A DNA stretch of 62,447 nucleotides, the filler included, from Nemertoderma westbladi (Eukaryota; Animalia; Xenacoelomorpha), in the NCBI GenBank assembly GCA_032718475.1. It is 3 parts of 3 records of this genome, joined end to end, with 100 filler letters (N's around TTAATTAATTAA, not from the genome) between each part and the next. Parts side by side here need not be neighbours in the genome. Positions count along the whole stretch, not along the records: positions 21,782 to 50,479 come from JAUCBJ010002060.1; positions 50,580 to 62,447 come from JAUCBJ010005330.1; 1 more part is not named here. One strand, 5' to 3'. A model generated the notes under the pieces. The model searched no databases. It saw only the letters and a program-made list of their open reading frames with translations, and was not told the origin of the DNA. A program made the position numbers and the translations under genes. The stretch's first letter is position 1. Every line of letters starts with the position of its first letter. This document shows, piece by piece, positions 39,899-53,185 of this stretch.

Positions 39899-42800
39899 AT
39901 AGACTATCTATCTCATTAACATACTTTCATATTGGGTAACATTTCTGCTGTACCGCGGTATTAACACTTTTATGCTGTACTGCTGTATGTCAGTACCATA
40001 TTACTGCAGTACTGATACTGACGTCTAACAACCTACGTTATTATTAATTATCTTGTTATCATAAAATAAACTTAATCTGAGCGTAGTGGTACGAAATACA
40101 CCTTGATATTTCCTCACCTTATCGTTTCACAACATGGCGCAGTATGTATGTTAAACGTCTATACAGCAATCTACAGGTTTACTGATCGCGAAAACTCACA
40201 ATGTCTCATCAGGGCGAACCCACACAATCGGTCAGCGGGGACAACACAGGCGATGACGCAGACTGGATGTCCGAGCCCACTGAACCCGCTATCGGTACCG
40301 GAGAATCGGAATACAAACTCGAGATCGATAACCTCCGACGCCAACTCTTAAGACAGCAACTGGCGGCAGACCAACAGCGCGCAGAATCTGACGCGCGCGC
40401 TGACCAGCGGTTCAACCAGCTAACACAGATGATGACTCAGCTGGTGACTCTACAACCGCAGCATGGCGTACGGACAGCCCCCGCCTATGCCGCCGCTGAA
40501 CGACTCGACCACGTGGATAACCCCCAACCTCGGCGTCGCGTCCTAGATATAAAGGACGTGGAAAAGATAGACGGAGATATAGAATTCTCTGCATTTCGTC
40601 GTTGGCGGGAAAAGCCTGGAAGATCCACTGTCAGCGACAACAGGCTCACTCTTTCACCCGCAGTGAACAAGTTTATGCCCTTGCTTCTGCTTTGGGACGC
40701 GATCTACAACAGACTCTCAAGGTAACTCTGCACGTAGACCTCGATGGAGATGACACCACAACGGACTATGTCATGGACACATTACAGGCTCACCTTCGAT
40801 CTAAACGAAGTGTTGCGATCGATCGTATTCGCTTCCACGATCGCAAACAGGGCCCAACGGAATCTTTCGATAACTTCCACGTCGCACTGGAATTCTTGGC
40901 GGATGACGCATAACTATGTACAGACTGTCGGGACGAGCAGATCGTCACACAAATCTTGGTTGGGATACGTTCGTCAGAGACACGAACGGAACTACTAAAA
41001 AGCTTCCGCAACCAACACTGGCCGAATGCGTTCAGACGTGTCAATCAATGGAGGTTGGAGAGAAGAACGACTCTATAATAGGGCGCGGCGCCCCGGTGAC
41101 AGCGATTAAATCTACGCGTCGACCACGCGGCCGCTCCACTTACCGTTACAGAAAATCCAACAAAAACTCTCACTCTCCCGCACCCAGCTTGGAGCGCAAC
41201 TGTAAATTCTGCGGCCGACAACACGCTGCATCGCGGGCGGCCTGTCCCGCGAGTAACAAAACATGCGATAAATGTCAGGCAACTGGACATTTCGCTGCAG
41301 TCTGTCTTTCTACAAAAGGCAGCGACAAACCAGATCGCAGAGAGTCGGACAGAGTCTCCACCATCCTCCCACCCAGCGGAATAAACTCTATTCGCAACGA
41401 ACAGGAGTTCCCCGGCGCTACCTGTCCTCTTGCTTACATAACTATTGATATCCGACGCACAGACTTTCAACCCGGTAGAATTTTTGGAACAGTTCGGGGC
41501 CTCGTACTCCCAGACAGCGGCGCTGCTGCAACTATGTTGGGATACGATGAATACGCAGCAATGGGTGGTCGACTGGACGACTTAACCCCATACCCGACAG
41601 CCAACCTCCGGGCCGCCAACCACCTCCCGATCGATGTCGACGGCTTATTCCGTGCTCGGATCGATTACGATGGAGGTTCAACATTGGCGAAAATCGTAGT
41701 CTCCCCGGAGGTGGACGGCCTTATATTAAACCTCGCTGCTCTCAAGGGACTAGATATACTCCCTCTGGATTTCCCTCAACGTCGGATAAACTCCGTAACG
41801 GCCCCTGACCCCGGGACAACTATCTCTCGTTCTCGCGATGAGATCCTCGCCCAATTCGCAGATGTTTTCGATAATAATTTGAAACCCCTTACAACCATGG
41901 TGGGGGACCCTATGACGGTGGAATTGAAGGATGACGCGGCGCCCTTCCATGCCAATGATTGTCGACCAATTCCGTTTGCGTTGCGAGATGAAGTTCAGTC
42001 GCTCCTCGGGGATATGGAGCGCCGACAGATCATCGAACGGGTTACAGAGCCCACCGATTGGGCCCACCCGATGACTGTTGTCCGTAAACCAAATGGTAAA
42101 TTACGACTCTGCGTAGATTTACGTCACTTAAACAGCCAGGTCAAACGACCCTACTACCCCACCCCTAGTCCCTGGGTAGTAGTTTCTGGTGTGTCGATAA
42201 CTGCAAAGTACTTTTCGGTTTTTGATGCCGCATCGGGGTACTAGCAGATACCGCTCGAGGAAAAAACCCAACTTCTAACCACATTTATAACCCCCTGGGG
42301 GAGGTACAAACATCTTCGAAGTGTAATGGGTTTAATATCATGTGGGGACGAATATAATCGACGGGGCGACGATGCCCTTCGTGACCTTCCTAACCTCCTC
42401 AAACTGGTCGACGATGTCCTCCTCTTCGATGATACGATCGACGCCCACCTCGCCAGTATACGCCGTTTCCTTCTCCGATGCCGGGAGATGGGTATTTCCC
42501 TGCACCCCGATAAAGTGCAGTTTGCCTTGCGGGAGGTGAAATTCGCTGGATACATAATCGGCGCCGACGGAATACGGGCCGACCCGGCGAAGGTCCATGC
42601 CATCGCTGACTTCCCACGTCCCACTAATATAAGGGACCTACGGAGTTTCGTGGGACTAGTAGAGCAACTAGCCTCCTTCTCGACGGAAATCTCCACCGTT
42701 ATGACGCCTCTACGTCCTTTGCTCAGGTCGACTAATCAGTTCTTATGGAACAGCGATCACGAGGACGCATTCGAGAACACGAAACGAGCGCTGATTTCTC

Positions 42801-45049
42801 CACCCGTGCTCACCCCATTCGAACCGGAACGCGTAACTTCTCTCCAAACCGACGCCTCCCGGAAGAATGGCCTGGGGTATGCATTATTACAGCTGCACGA
42901 GGAAACCTGGAAGTTAGTGGAGTGTGGCTCCAGATTTATAACAGAATCTTGGTACGCGATGGTGGAACTGGAACTACTCGCCGTCGCCTGGGCCACAAAA
43001 AAATGCCGCCTCTACCTCCTCGGCATTCCCCACTTCACCCTGATTGTGGACCACCAGCCCTTAGTAACTATACTTAATAGATACACAATAGACGACACGG
43101 ACAATGCCCGCCTTCAACGATTAAAGGCAAAACTCAGTCCCTTTGTATTTACCACTAAATGGAAAAAAGGTAAAGAACACTGGATTCCGGATGCGTTGTC
43201 CCGCGCTCCCGTCGATGACCCGACTGATGATGATGTCATCGATGACGGAGAAATAGCATCTTATATCCATGCGGTCACGCTGCAAAAGGCTGCAGATATC
43301 GTCGACAACCCCGAACCGACGAATAAATCTCCCGACTTGATCCTCGAATCCCTCTGTCGGACAGCCCGGGGCGACCCAGACTATGTTGACCTACTTCAGT
43401 CAATCCAATCTGGCTTTCCACTAACTTCCCGCGACCTCCCTGGAGTGGCTCCATATTGGTACATTCGGGAAGAAATTTCAACTGACAACGACCTGGCACT
43501 CTACGGCCAGAGAATCGTAATTCCCCGCGCCGCAAGGAAGGAAGTCCTCGCTCGACTTCACTCTGCTCATCAGGGAGTCGACAAAACTCTACGTCGTGCC
43601 CGCCAAACCGTTTACTGGCCCGGTCTAACCAACGACGTTAGGACCTCCATTTTGGCGTGCGAACCATGCCTCACCCTTCGCCCAAGTTTGGCGAAGGAAC
43701 CACTCCTCCGGGACCACGAGGCCAGTCGCCCATTCGAAGAAATTTCAGGCGACATATTCTCCCTCGATGGAGACCACTTCCTTGCCGTCGCCGATCGCTA
43801 TTCAGGATGGCCAGAAATATACCCCTACAGCAGCATCCACGGCGACCCACCTGCGGGACACATTTATCCACTATGGTGTCCCAAAACGCTTCAACTCCGA
43901 CGGCGGAACGCAATTTACAGGTGCGAATCTCACAAAGTTCCTCCGTGATTGGGGAGTCGAACATGTGTACTCTTCTCCGGAATATCCACAGGGCAATGGC
44001 CATGCGGAGTCGGCTGTTAAAGCTCTCAAAACTTTATAAAAGAAAATGGGGGGGAAAATACGTTCAACTGAATTCCAGGAGGGACTCCTGGAGCTGCGAA
44101 ATTCACCCCGAGCCCATGGGAAATCCCCCGCCGAAATACTATTCGGACACCCTATGCGTACTCGAGTCCCGATACACAGCCGAGCCTTCCTCTCTGACCA
44201 TCAACGGGTCCGCACGGAACTGGACAGTTGTGTCCCAACTCTTATTGCGTCCCACGCGTCGTATTACAACCGCGGCTCAAAAACCCTCCCTCACTTCTCT
44301 ATCGGGAATACAGTACGCATACAAAACCCAACTTCTAAACATTGGGACCGCACCGGAACTGTGGTCGAGCAGGCCACTCTGCGCAACTACAAAGTCCGCA
44401 CGCCTTCGGGACGGTGCCTCACTCGAAACCGCCGCCATCTACTCGACGATCACACTGGGACATCGCGGGACACTTCTATGGGGACCTCCGGCAGAGACGC
44501 CGTCTTTCAAACCGACCATCCCCCCTACGACTGCCCTACCAAACAAGTGCGATGGGCGAAACAACTCGTAAACGAGTCCGCAATACCAGCTCAGCCGCGC
44601 AAAAACTACCCTAAACGGCACAGACACCAACCTAACAGACTTTGAAACTGAAACTATTTCTTTTTGGCCGCGCATAAACTTTTCTAAACGGCACCAACGC
44701 CAACCTAACAGACTTTGAAACTGAAACTAACTTCTTCTTGTTAGTTTATCATACACCTTCAAACTAGAAAGGGGGTGTGAGGATATCATTACTAATTGCC
44801 ATACGCGTAGCCTATAGACTATCTATCTCATTAACATACTTTCATATTGGGTAACATTTCTGCTGTACCGCGGTATTAACACTTTTCTGCTGTACTGCTG
44901 TATGTCAGTACCATATTACTGCAGTACTGATACTGACGTCTAACAACCTACGTTATTATTAATTATCTTGTTATCATAAAATAAACTTAATCTGAGCGTA
45001 GCGGTACGAAATACACCTTGATATTTCCTCACCTTATCGTCTCACAACA
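39899..45049 (+). mobile_element. Ty3/Gypsy LTR retrotransposon, Mag-like, near full length with disrupted gag-pol
   Basis: 5' LTR 39899-40134 (truncated) and 3' LTR 44776-45049 differ at 3 of 236 nt; PBS TGGCGCAGT at 40135; PPT AGAAAGGGGG at 44766-44775; double Zn knuckle CKFCGRQH..C/CDKC..GH..C, protease DSGA, RT (LCVDL, KLVDD), RNase H (QTDAS), integrase H..H..C..C and NGHAESAVK; internal stops and frameshifts. Confidence 0.96.
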
Positions 45050-45605
45050 CCTATCATCCCGACTTCATTTACCGCACGTCCCAACTTTATTTACCGCTCG
45101 TCCCGACTTTATTTAACCCTCGTCCCGACTTTATTTACCCCTCGTCCCGACTTTATTTACCGCTCGTCCCGACTTTATTTACCTATCGTCCCAACTTTAT
45201 TTACCGCTCGTCCCGACTTTATTTACCGCTCGTCCCGACTTTATTTACCGCTCGTCCCGCCTTTATTTACCGCTCGTCCCGACTTTATTTACCTATCGTC
45301 CCGACTTTATTTACCGCACGTCCCAACTTTATTTACCGCTCGTCCCGACTTTATTTACCCCTCGTCCCGACTTTATTTACCGCTCGTCCCGACTTTATTT
45401 ACCTATCGTCCCAACTTTATTTACCGCTCGTCCCAACTTTATTTACCGCTCGTCCCGACTTTATTTACCGCTCGTCTCGACTTTATTTTCTGCTCGTCCC
45501 GACTTTATTTACCGCTTGTCCCAACTTTATTTAGCGCTCGTCCCTACTTTATTTCCCGCTCGTCTTGACTTTATTTACCGCTCGTCCCGACTTTATTTAC
45601 CGCTC
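45050..45605. repeat. 22-bp satellite, right part
   Basis: Same unit as 39015-39891. Confidence 0.95.
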
Positions 45606-45966
45606 TTGTCGAGATTTTGTATTTCCCGAGCGGGTGGCAATAATAACTTATACCCTAACATAGAATAATATAGTAATACTATAATTAATATATAGTGTTA
45701 CTGTTATCAACGTACTTAGGAACGTTGATAATTTAATAATTGTGTCGTACAGAATAATAATCCACTGTAACTTTTGCGGTGATTTATACCCCCTTTTGAA
45801 TAGTACAGATATTAATTAGTACGAAAAAAACATCATCAATTACAATACATGTAAATACAAGCGGATAATACTGGAGTATAATATTTCGGGGTCTGTCTGT
45901 CAGAATGCAACAATGTTCATGTTACAAAATTTATCTGGTAAGTTTTCATATTTTGTTTAACCTCTT

Positions 45967-46789
<823 letters not shown>

Positions 46790-47210
46790 GTTTCTGTCTG
46801 TCATTCTGTGTGTCTGTCTGTCTTTCTATGTGTCTGTCTATCTGTCTGTCGGACTGTCCGTCAATTATTTTTGCAGTTTGCAGTCATACAGACCCTAGAT
46901 AGACAGACAAGTTTCCGCTAATTACGAAAACTGACATCGGAAATTAAATTACCGACCACGAAAACCCCCATAGAGAAATTTTTAGCTAATTTGTGCGAAT
47001 TATTATAATTTGACGGACAGACCGACCGACAGACTAACTGACTCACAGGCAGACATCAGATAGTCAGTTAGAAGACTAGATTTTACATTTTTCACATTAT
47101 TATTTACTTTAGTTCATTCTATATTTTCGATGGTATATCGTCTTTTGCGCATTCTTCAACCATATTGGAGATATAAACAAATAAAAAAAAACACCAGGGC
47201 GGGTTACCCC

Positions 47211-48420
47211 CCTTAAGATGCGTTTCAAGAAAGTCATGGAATGTCCAGGTCCACCATGCTTATTTTAATCCATGGGGCTGGGCTGCCAACGCACAAGATT
47301 GTGTACAGGATGGTTCTCGCGGTGAAAGCAATGTCCTGCAAGGCGGAGGCGGCTTTATTCTAGTGTAAGGCTTGGGGGAACCAATAAGACATCCACAATG
47401 TCATTTAGTGTCTGGCGTATAATTCTTGTGAATGTGCGATTCAGAGATTTGGTGTCCTAAGCAGTTACAGCTCAGCATGGACTCCCACAGATAATTACTG
47501 GGACTACTGCTGCTCTAAATATTCGGACCTTAAGTTTCTGACGTATTCTGTGTGACCAATCAAAATCCTGGAAAGACCATTCAATGCTGGCCATGCCTTT
47601 CCCTTACGTATTTGAAGTCAAAATTTTGATATTTTGGAGTTAATAAAAAGACCAACACTGTTCTAATGCATGTTCTAATGAGCTGAGGAGCCGTTGGGCT
47701 CTCTCTAGTGATGCTGAGAGTACTCCTCTAGATCAGTTAGGTACTTGGCAGGATTTCCTGGACTTCTATAGCCAGTAGGTGGAGTTACCATCACTCCATC
47801 ATCATTATGATGATCTAAGGACATGCGTAGAACATAGTCAATCACAATTATTATGGAATGGTGCAAGTGTGTCACCTTGGAGGACTCCCCATAACACTTC
47901 GAATGGTTCTGTGTCACCGTCAACAGTAGACACAATTGTCGTTTAACCATGGTACCGATCAGATTGCTGCGCTATAACTTCATCAGCAATCCCATATAAT
48001 GAAAGTATGCTGAACATACGTGAACGAGAGACTGAATCAAATGCATTGAAGAAGTCAACAAAGATAACAGATGTCTGTCTTTCTTTTTTGATAACTCTTC
48101 AATTATTATCCTTCTAAAGTGCAAAATGGGCTGCATGGTCCCACAACCTTTACGAAATCCATTCTGATTTCTACGTAACAGTCTCGCAATAGGATCCCTG
48201 ATGCGATTTAATATAAATAATATATTCTATTGTATAGCTTTGCAGCAATCGCGATCAACGAGATTCCCCCAAAAGATCCATAATGTTAGCTTGCCCTTCT
48301 TGGGAACTGGCACCAACTTATATGTTTTAATTTCCTGTGGGACTATCGTCGTTCTGTACATGTCTATTGTATGAAAATGGGGTAAATATGCTCAAACAAT
48401 CTGGTATTTTAAAGACCTCA
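47211..48420 (-). mobile_element. RTE-clade LINE fragment (copy 4, decayed with internal deletions)
   Basis: Nucleotide similarity to copies 1 and 3 (e.g. GNPAKYLTDL). Confidence 0.88.
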
Positions 48421-49475
48421 GTACACAACAAAGTTCATGAAACAAGATATGTTTCGTAAGTAAAACAAATTCACATTACATACACTCCAAATTAATAATT
48501 ATATTGCAATAAATTATTAATTATCGGCCTAACTACTATTAATAATATCTTTGTGTGGTTATTTGTTTAAGCCATCTGTTTCCATCACTTTATTGTTATC
48601 TGCGTCTGTGCATGTCCGGATTTAGTTTCGGATGACCCAAAGCCTAAAGTTATAAGTAGTCCAATTTGAATCAAATCCCTATGATTTTCTAACCTCTTCA
48701 CTTCTGGAGCTAAGGTACTGTATTTTAGGTAGATTTCGGAAGTTTGATTTAAATGACTGATTTCAGACGCCTCGTGTCCATCGAATACTGTATAAAAGTA
48801 TTGGTTTATTTCCTGTTCCTTTCCCTCAATTAATAATTAATATTAATTAGCTTTAATAATGGTTGTCGGCATTGGTTGTCGGCTGTCGGCGTAGCGTTTA
48901 CACCCCTAAAGGTACACAGACCATGCGGCAAACATAAAAAAACCCAGTACAGAAAAAAGTCACGGTAGATAAAACCCACAGCAGAAAAATCCCACGACAG
49001 AAAAAACCCAGAACAAGATAAGTTAATTCAGTAATCGGCCAAGGTTTTGTTACTTTATCTTGCGTGACTTTTCCTTTGTAACGACATTTCTGGCTCCAAC
49101 ATATAGTTTGTCGTCGGTCTCTCGGAAAATGTTTGGGCTAATAACTCAGTCAATCTATAATAGTCTGTCAAACCTCTGAAATCTATATTTCTTTGGTGGT
49201 CCGAAGCCTGTAAGCTGTTGTGTTGTGGTGTAGTCTCCCGCTAGAGTATAGTGCACAGCACATTTTTTTCAAACATGATCCTGAATATAGTAGGCAATTG
49301 TCATTCGATCACGTGGCATCCAAAATTTTGTATTGTGTGATTTTTTCAGACCAGTACCGGGCGGTACAGAAGTAGGCAGGTAGGTAGAGAATACAGGTCA
49401 GCAGGTACCGTACCTCAGAATTTACCGGTACAACTGACAACATTAGCCTAGGTAACTAAACTCGTTGATAAGGTT

Positions 49476-50066
49476 ATGTCCAGCAAGCGAGGGGGTGCTG
49501 GCGCTGGCCGTGGTAAAAAAATACAACACAAAGGGAGACACCGCCACTTCACAACCGAGGAAGAGCTGCAGCAAGAACAGCAGCGAAACCAAGGAGATGG
49601 TCGGCGTGGCGGTGAATCAGATAGCGATGACGGAGTCCGGAAGATTACCACGGACACGGCGCGGCAACGTCTACGAGATAGCGATGATTCAGAGGACGAC
49701 GACGGTTATAAATCTAAAGGCGTCCATCATCTAATCGAGACATCCAACCCCAATAGAGTGCCGGAACAGACGAAGAAAGCCTCTGAATTAAACATCAACG
49801 ACGTATCCACTAAACCTACTTACAGTCGGAAGGAACGCGAAGAAATCGAGAAACAGCAACAGAAGGAGCGCTACCAGAAATTACACGCCGAGGGGAAAAC
49901 CTCAGAGGCGCAAGCCGATATGGCGCGATTGGCTCTCATCCGTCAACAGCGGGAAGAAGCGGCTAAAAAACGCGTCGATGAGAAAGCTGCTAAGGAACTC
50001 GAAAGGATTAGTAAGGTGGAGGCGGCTGGAAAGAAACTCGATAAAAATAGAGGGAAGAAGAAATAG
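49476..50066 (+). CDS. PDAP1: 28-kDa heat- and acid-stable phosphoprotein / PDGFA-associated protein 1, intronless, 196 aa
   Basis: [38 protein letters not shown]...[34 protein letters not shown] (PP28 domain). Confidence 0.95.
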   Translation: MSSKRGGAGAGRGKKIQHKGRHRHFTTEEELQQEQQRNQGDGRRGGESDSDDGVRKITTDTARQRLRDSDDSEDDDGYKSKGVHHLIETSNPNRVPEQTKKASELNINDVSTKPTYSRKEREEIEKQQQKERYQKLHAEGKTSEAQADMARLALIRQQREEAAKKRVDEKAAKELERISKVEAAGKKLDKNRGKKK

Positions 50067-50479
50067 TAGGTATTCGTATTGAGTTGTCAGCAGTGCCGAG
50101 TAATTTGTAATTCCTAAGGATCTTTCAATCTCAAAACAGTGACTACCGACTACCATTTTCTATCCGTAACCGCAGAACCCAGGGAACCGTAACTAAAAGT
50201 AAATATATTTGGCTAGTTTTGGACCATGGGATACCAACCCCAACTTAATTTGTATAAGGTAAATGTATCATTTTTTGGGACCTGGTACTGTAATTTTGTT
50301 ATGTTGAATCCTATAACTTTACATTCAAATCTACAATTTACTACCGATAGTAAGTGTTTATTTATTTTTTTAAGAATAGGTTACAGGACCAAAATAATAA
50401 ACCAAATATTCTAAAAATTCTAAAAATTACATATAAATGGATGTTAGATTTGAACTAGTAAATTGTCGATTAAATGATC

Positions 50480-50579
50480 NNNNNNNNNNNNNNNNNNNNN
50501 NNNNNNNNNNNNNNNNNNNNNNNTTAATTAATTAANNNNNNNNNNNNNNNNNNNNNNNNNNNNNNNNNNNNNNNNNNNN
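50480..50579. other. Assembly gap with artificial TTAATTAATTAA linker, flanked by GATC on both sides
   Basis: N run; GATC at 50476-50479 and 50580-50583. Confidence 0.98.
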
Positions 50580-51770
50580 GATCTAAGGACATGCGTAGAA
50601 CATAGTCAACCACAATAATGAACAAGAATGGTGCAAGTGTGTCTCCTTGGAGGACGCCCCATAACACTTCAAATGGTTCTGTGTCACCGTCAACAGTAGA
50701 CACAAATGTTGTCGAACCATCGTATACTGATCTGATTGCTGCAATAATTTCATCAGGAATCCCATACTAGAGACGGCGTCAAGACGCCGTTAAGCAAGTC
50801 GGAAGTCATCAATCAAATGTAAATTCCATCAACAAGCTGTCATTGGTGTTATTTTACCATTGCGCCTATGGCGTTTTTTCGTTTATGTCTATTTTTCGAG
50901 CCCACGGCTCATGGACGAAATAGCGGAACATACCAGGGACCTTAGAATCGCGGTATCTAGCCGCTGTGAAAATTTCATCAAAATCGTTAGAGTAGTTTTG
51001 GCTGTAGATCAGCCAGCCAGCCAGCCAGCCAGTCAGCCAGCCAGCCAGCCAGTCAATCAGCCAACAATTCTTACAGTAATCAAGTCCTACGACTTGCTAA
51101 TAATGAAAGTATGCTGAACATACGTGAGCGAGAGACTGAATCAAAGGCCTTGAAGAAGTCAACAAAGATAACAGCCAGATGCCTGTCTTTCTTTTTTGAT
51201 AACTCTTCAATTATCCTTCTAAGTGCCAAAATGGGCTCCATGGTCCCACGACCTTTACGGAACCCATTCTGATTTCCACGTAGCAGTCTCTCAATGGGAT
51301 CCCTGATGCGATTTAATAGAATTCTATTGTATAGTTTTGCAGCAATCGAGATCAATGAGATTCCCCGAAAAGAACCATAGAGTGTTAGGTTGCCCTTCTT
51401 GGGAACTGGCACCAACTTATTTGTTTTCATTTCTTGTGGGACTCTTGTTGTACGGTACATGTCTACTATGATGGGATAGATGAGCTTTAAACACTCAGGT
51501 ATTTTAAAGACCTCAGGGGGAACACCATCTACTCCACTGGCACGATTGGTCTTAATCCTCTTTGCAGCAGCCTTCACTTCTGCAAAGGAGATATCGCCAA
51601 TGGGAATATCTGGGAGTACAGACTCAGACACTTTTACTTCTATAAAGTTATCAGGCAATACCCTGTCATTATTGAGGAGCTTTTCAAAGTGGGCTTTCCA
51701 ACCATTGAGGCGATCGGCTGGTGATTCAGCCTTAACCTTGGTGGTTGGTTGGCTTTTCCGCCCAGTAAGC
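50580..51770 (-). mobile_element. RTE-clade LINE fragment (copy 5), cut by the gap and interrupted by a HINE-like element
   Basis: ORF 51080-51805 with RGISLISIAAKLYNRILL, QNGFR, FVDFFKAFDSV; very similar to copy 1. Confidence 0.93.
50767..51100 (-). mobile_element. Non-autonomous rolling-circle element (Helitron/Helentron, DINE-1/HINE-like), 334 bp
   Basis: Inserted without TSD at CCCATA|TAATG; minus-strand 3' end is hairpin ACGGCGTC-TT-GACGCCGT then CTAG; subTIR AGCAAGTCG/CGACTTGCT; internal (CAGC)n microsatellite. Confidence 0.85.
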
Positions 51771-51839
51771 AGATTGGGCGGGGCAGGGCTTGGCACGCCC
51801 GCCACGACAAAGGATGTCTGGGTTGGGACAATGAGTCAT

Positions 51840-51960
51840 AATATTGGATAATATCCTGAGATGAATATTTTGGTGAATATTTCTGGGATGAATATTACGG
51901 CGAATATTTCTGGGATGAATATTACGGCGAATATTTCTGGGATGAATATTACGGCGGGAT
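51840..51960. repeat. 27-bp tandem repeat (GAATATTTCTGGGATGAATATTACGGC), about 4 copies
   Basis: Direct reading. Confidence 0.8.
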
Positions 51961-52169
51961 AAGGAAAGGGGGAATAATTATGTTGTAATTATTTCGTTTT
52001 TTAAAATCAAAATCCCGAGGAAGTGTATTTTGTATGTTTGCCTACGGAGGCGCGAAAAATCGATTACAGAATTGTCCTACAGTATGCTGGATCCGTACAA
52101 TTCCGACCCGGACAATTCCGACCAATGAATATTTCATTCGATCTCTGAATGGGTCGTGTTGGATAGATT

Positions 52170-52375
52170 ACATCGCGTTTCGGCAACAGTCGCGATTCGG
52201 CAAAAAAGTTGCGTTTCAGCAAAAAAGATGCGTTTCGGCAAAAAAAAGTCGCGATTCGGCAAAAAGTCGCGATTCGGCAAAAAAAAGTTGCGTTTCGGCA
52301 AAAAGTTGCGTTTCGGCAACAGTCGCGATTCGGCAAAAAAGTTGCGTTTCGGCAAAAAGTTGCGTTTCGGCAAAA
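52170..52375. repeat. ~19-bp tandem array (GCGTTTCGGCAAAAAAGT / GCGATTCGGCAAAA), likely the repetitive TIR of a MULE/Foldback remnant
   Basis: About 10 copies; partner TIR not found. Confidence 0.7.
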
Positions 52376-52937
52376 GATATAGATAAATTCCTAGATTCCT
52401 AGAAAATTCCTAGAAATTCCTAGAACTGGGTTGAATTCAATTATTCAAATTGTACTGGTCTTTCTCTATGTCAATTATGCAAGGTAGGTGGTGCAGTATT
52501 AATATTATTTAATTTATTTGTATGGAATTAATTTCGCACTACAAGGGGCGGGGGGGGATACTTTTGTTGGCAAGTTATTACTATTTACTATATTAATTAT
52601 ATATTTAATATCTATTTGAATTATTGTGTATGTGTTACCTATTATATATGAAAGCCGAACAGCCGACCACAGGTCACTTATGGAGGATCGCTAGAAGTCG
52701 GCTAGTTTACATATGAAGTATTTAGGTTAGGCCAAGTTCCAACCACTCTTGGGTCATGTATAAAGACGATTATTCGACCCAGTGAGTGAACTGAGGGTAA
52801 GTCGCAAGTGGTCGGCTGGGCGGCTTACATTACATATATCATCATAGGTCGACTATGCAAGACTACATGACTGCAATGCATGACTGGCAAGCTAATTATA
52901 TTAGCTTGCCCAAACTGCCTTAACCTAGCAAGTTAAT

Positions 52938-53185
52938 GTAGGGTGAGTGAGGGAGACTTGAACCCCAAAAGTTATAATCGCTCTAAAGAACAGATAAATA
53001 AATTTTTCAATGCCGTTTTAACTTTTTCACATTATATTTATGATTGCTATCATTATGTGAGAGTTTGAGAATTTCAACTCTTAAACTTTTTTAATTAAAC
53101 CAATTATTCGTATTTTCGAAAAAGCGTCAAGTCTCCCTCAATGGAGGAGACTTGACACCTAGGGTGGGAGACTTGAACCCCACCT
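52938..53185. mobile_element. DNA transposon end remnant (GGGAGACTTGA direct and inverted motifs)
   Basis: GGAGACTTGA occurs three times plus inverted TCAAGTCTCCC. Confidence 0.4.

Noticed and set aside
39007-39939. Repetitive ORFs (SSRLYLPLVPTLFT...)
   Set aside because: Translations of the 22-bp satellite cycling through frames
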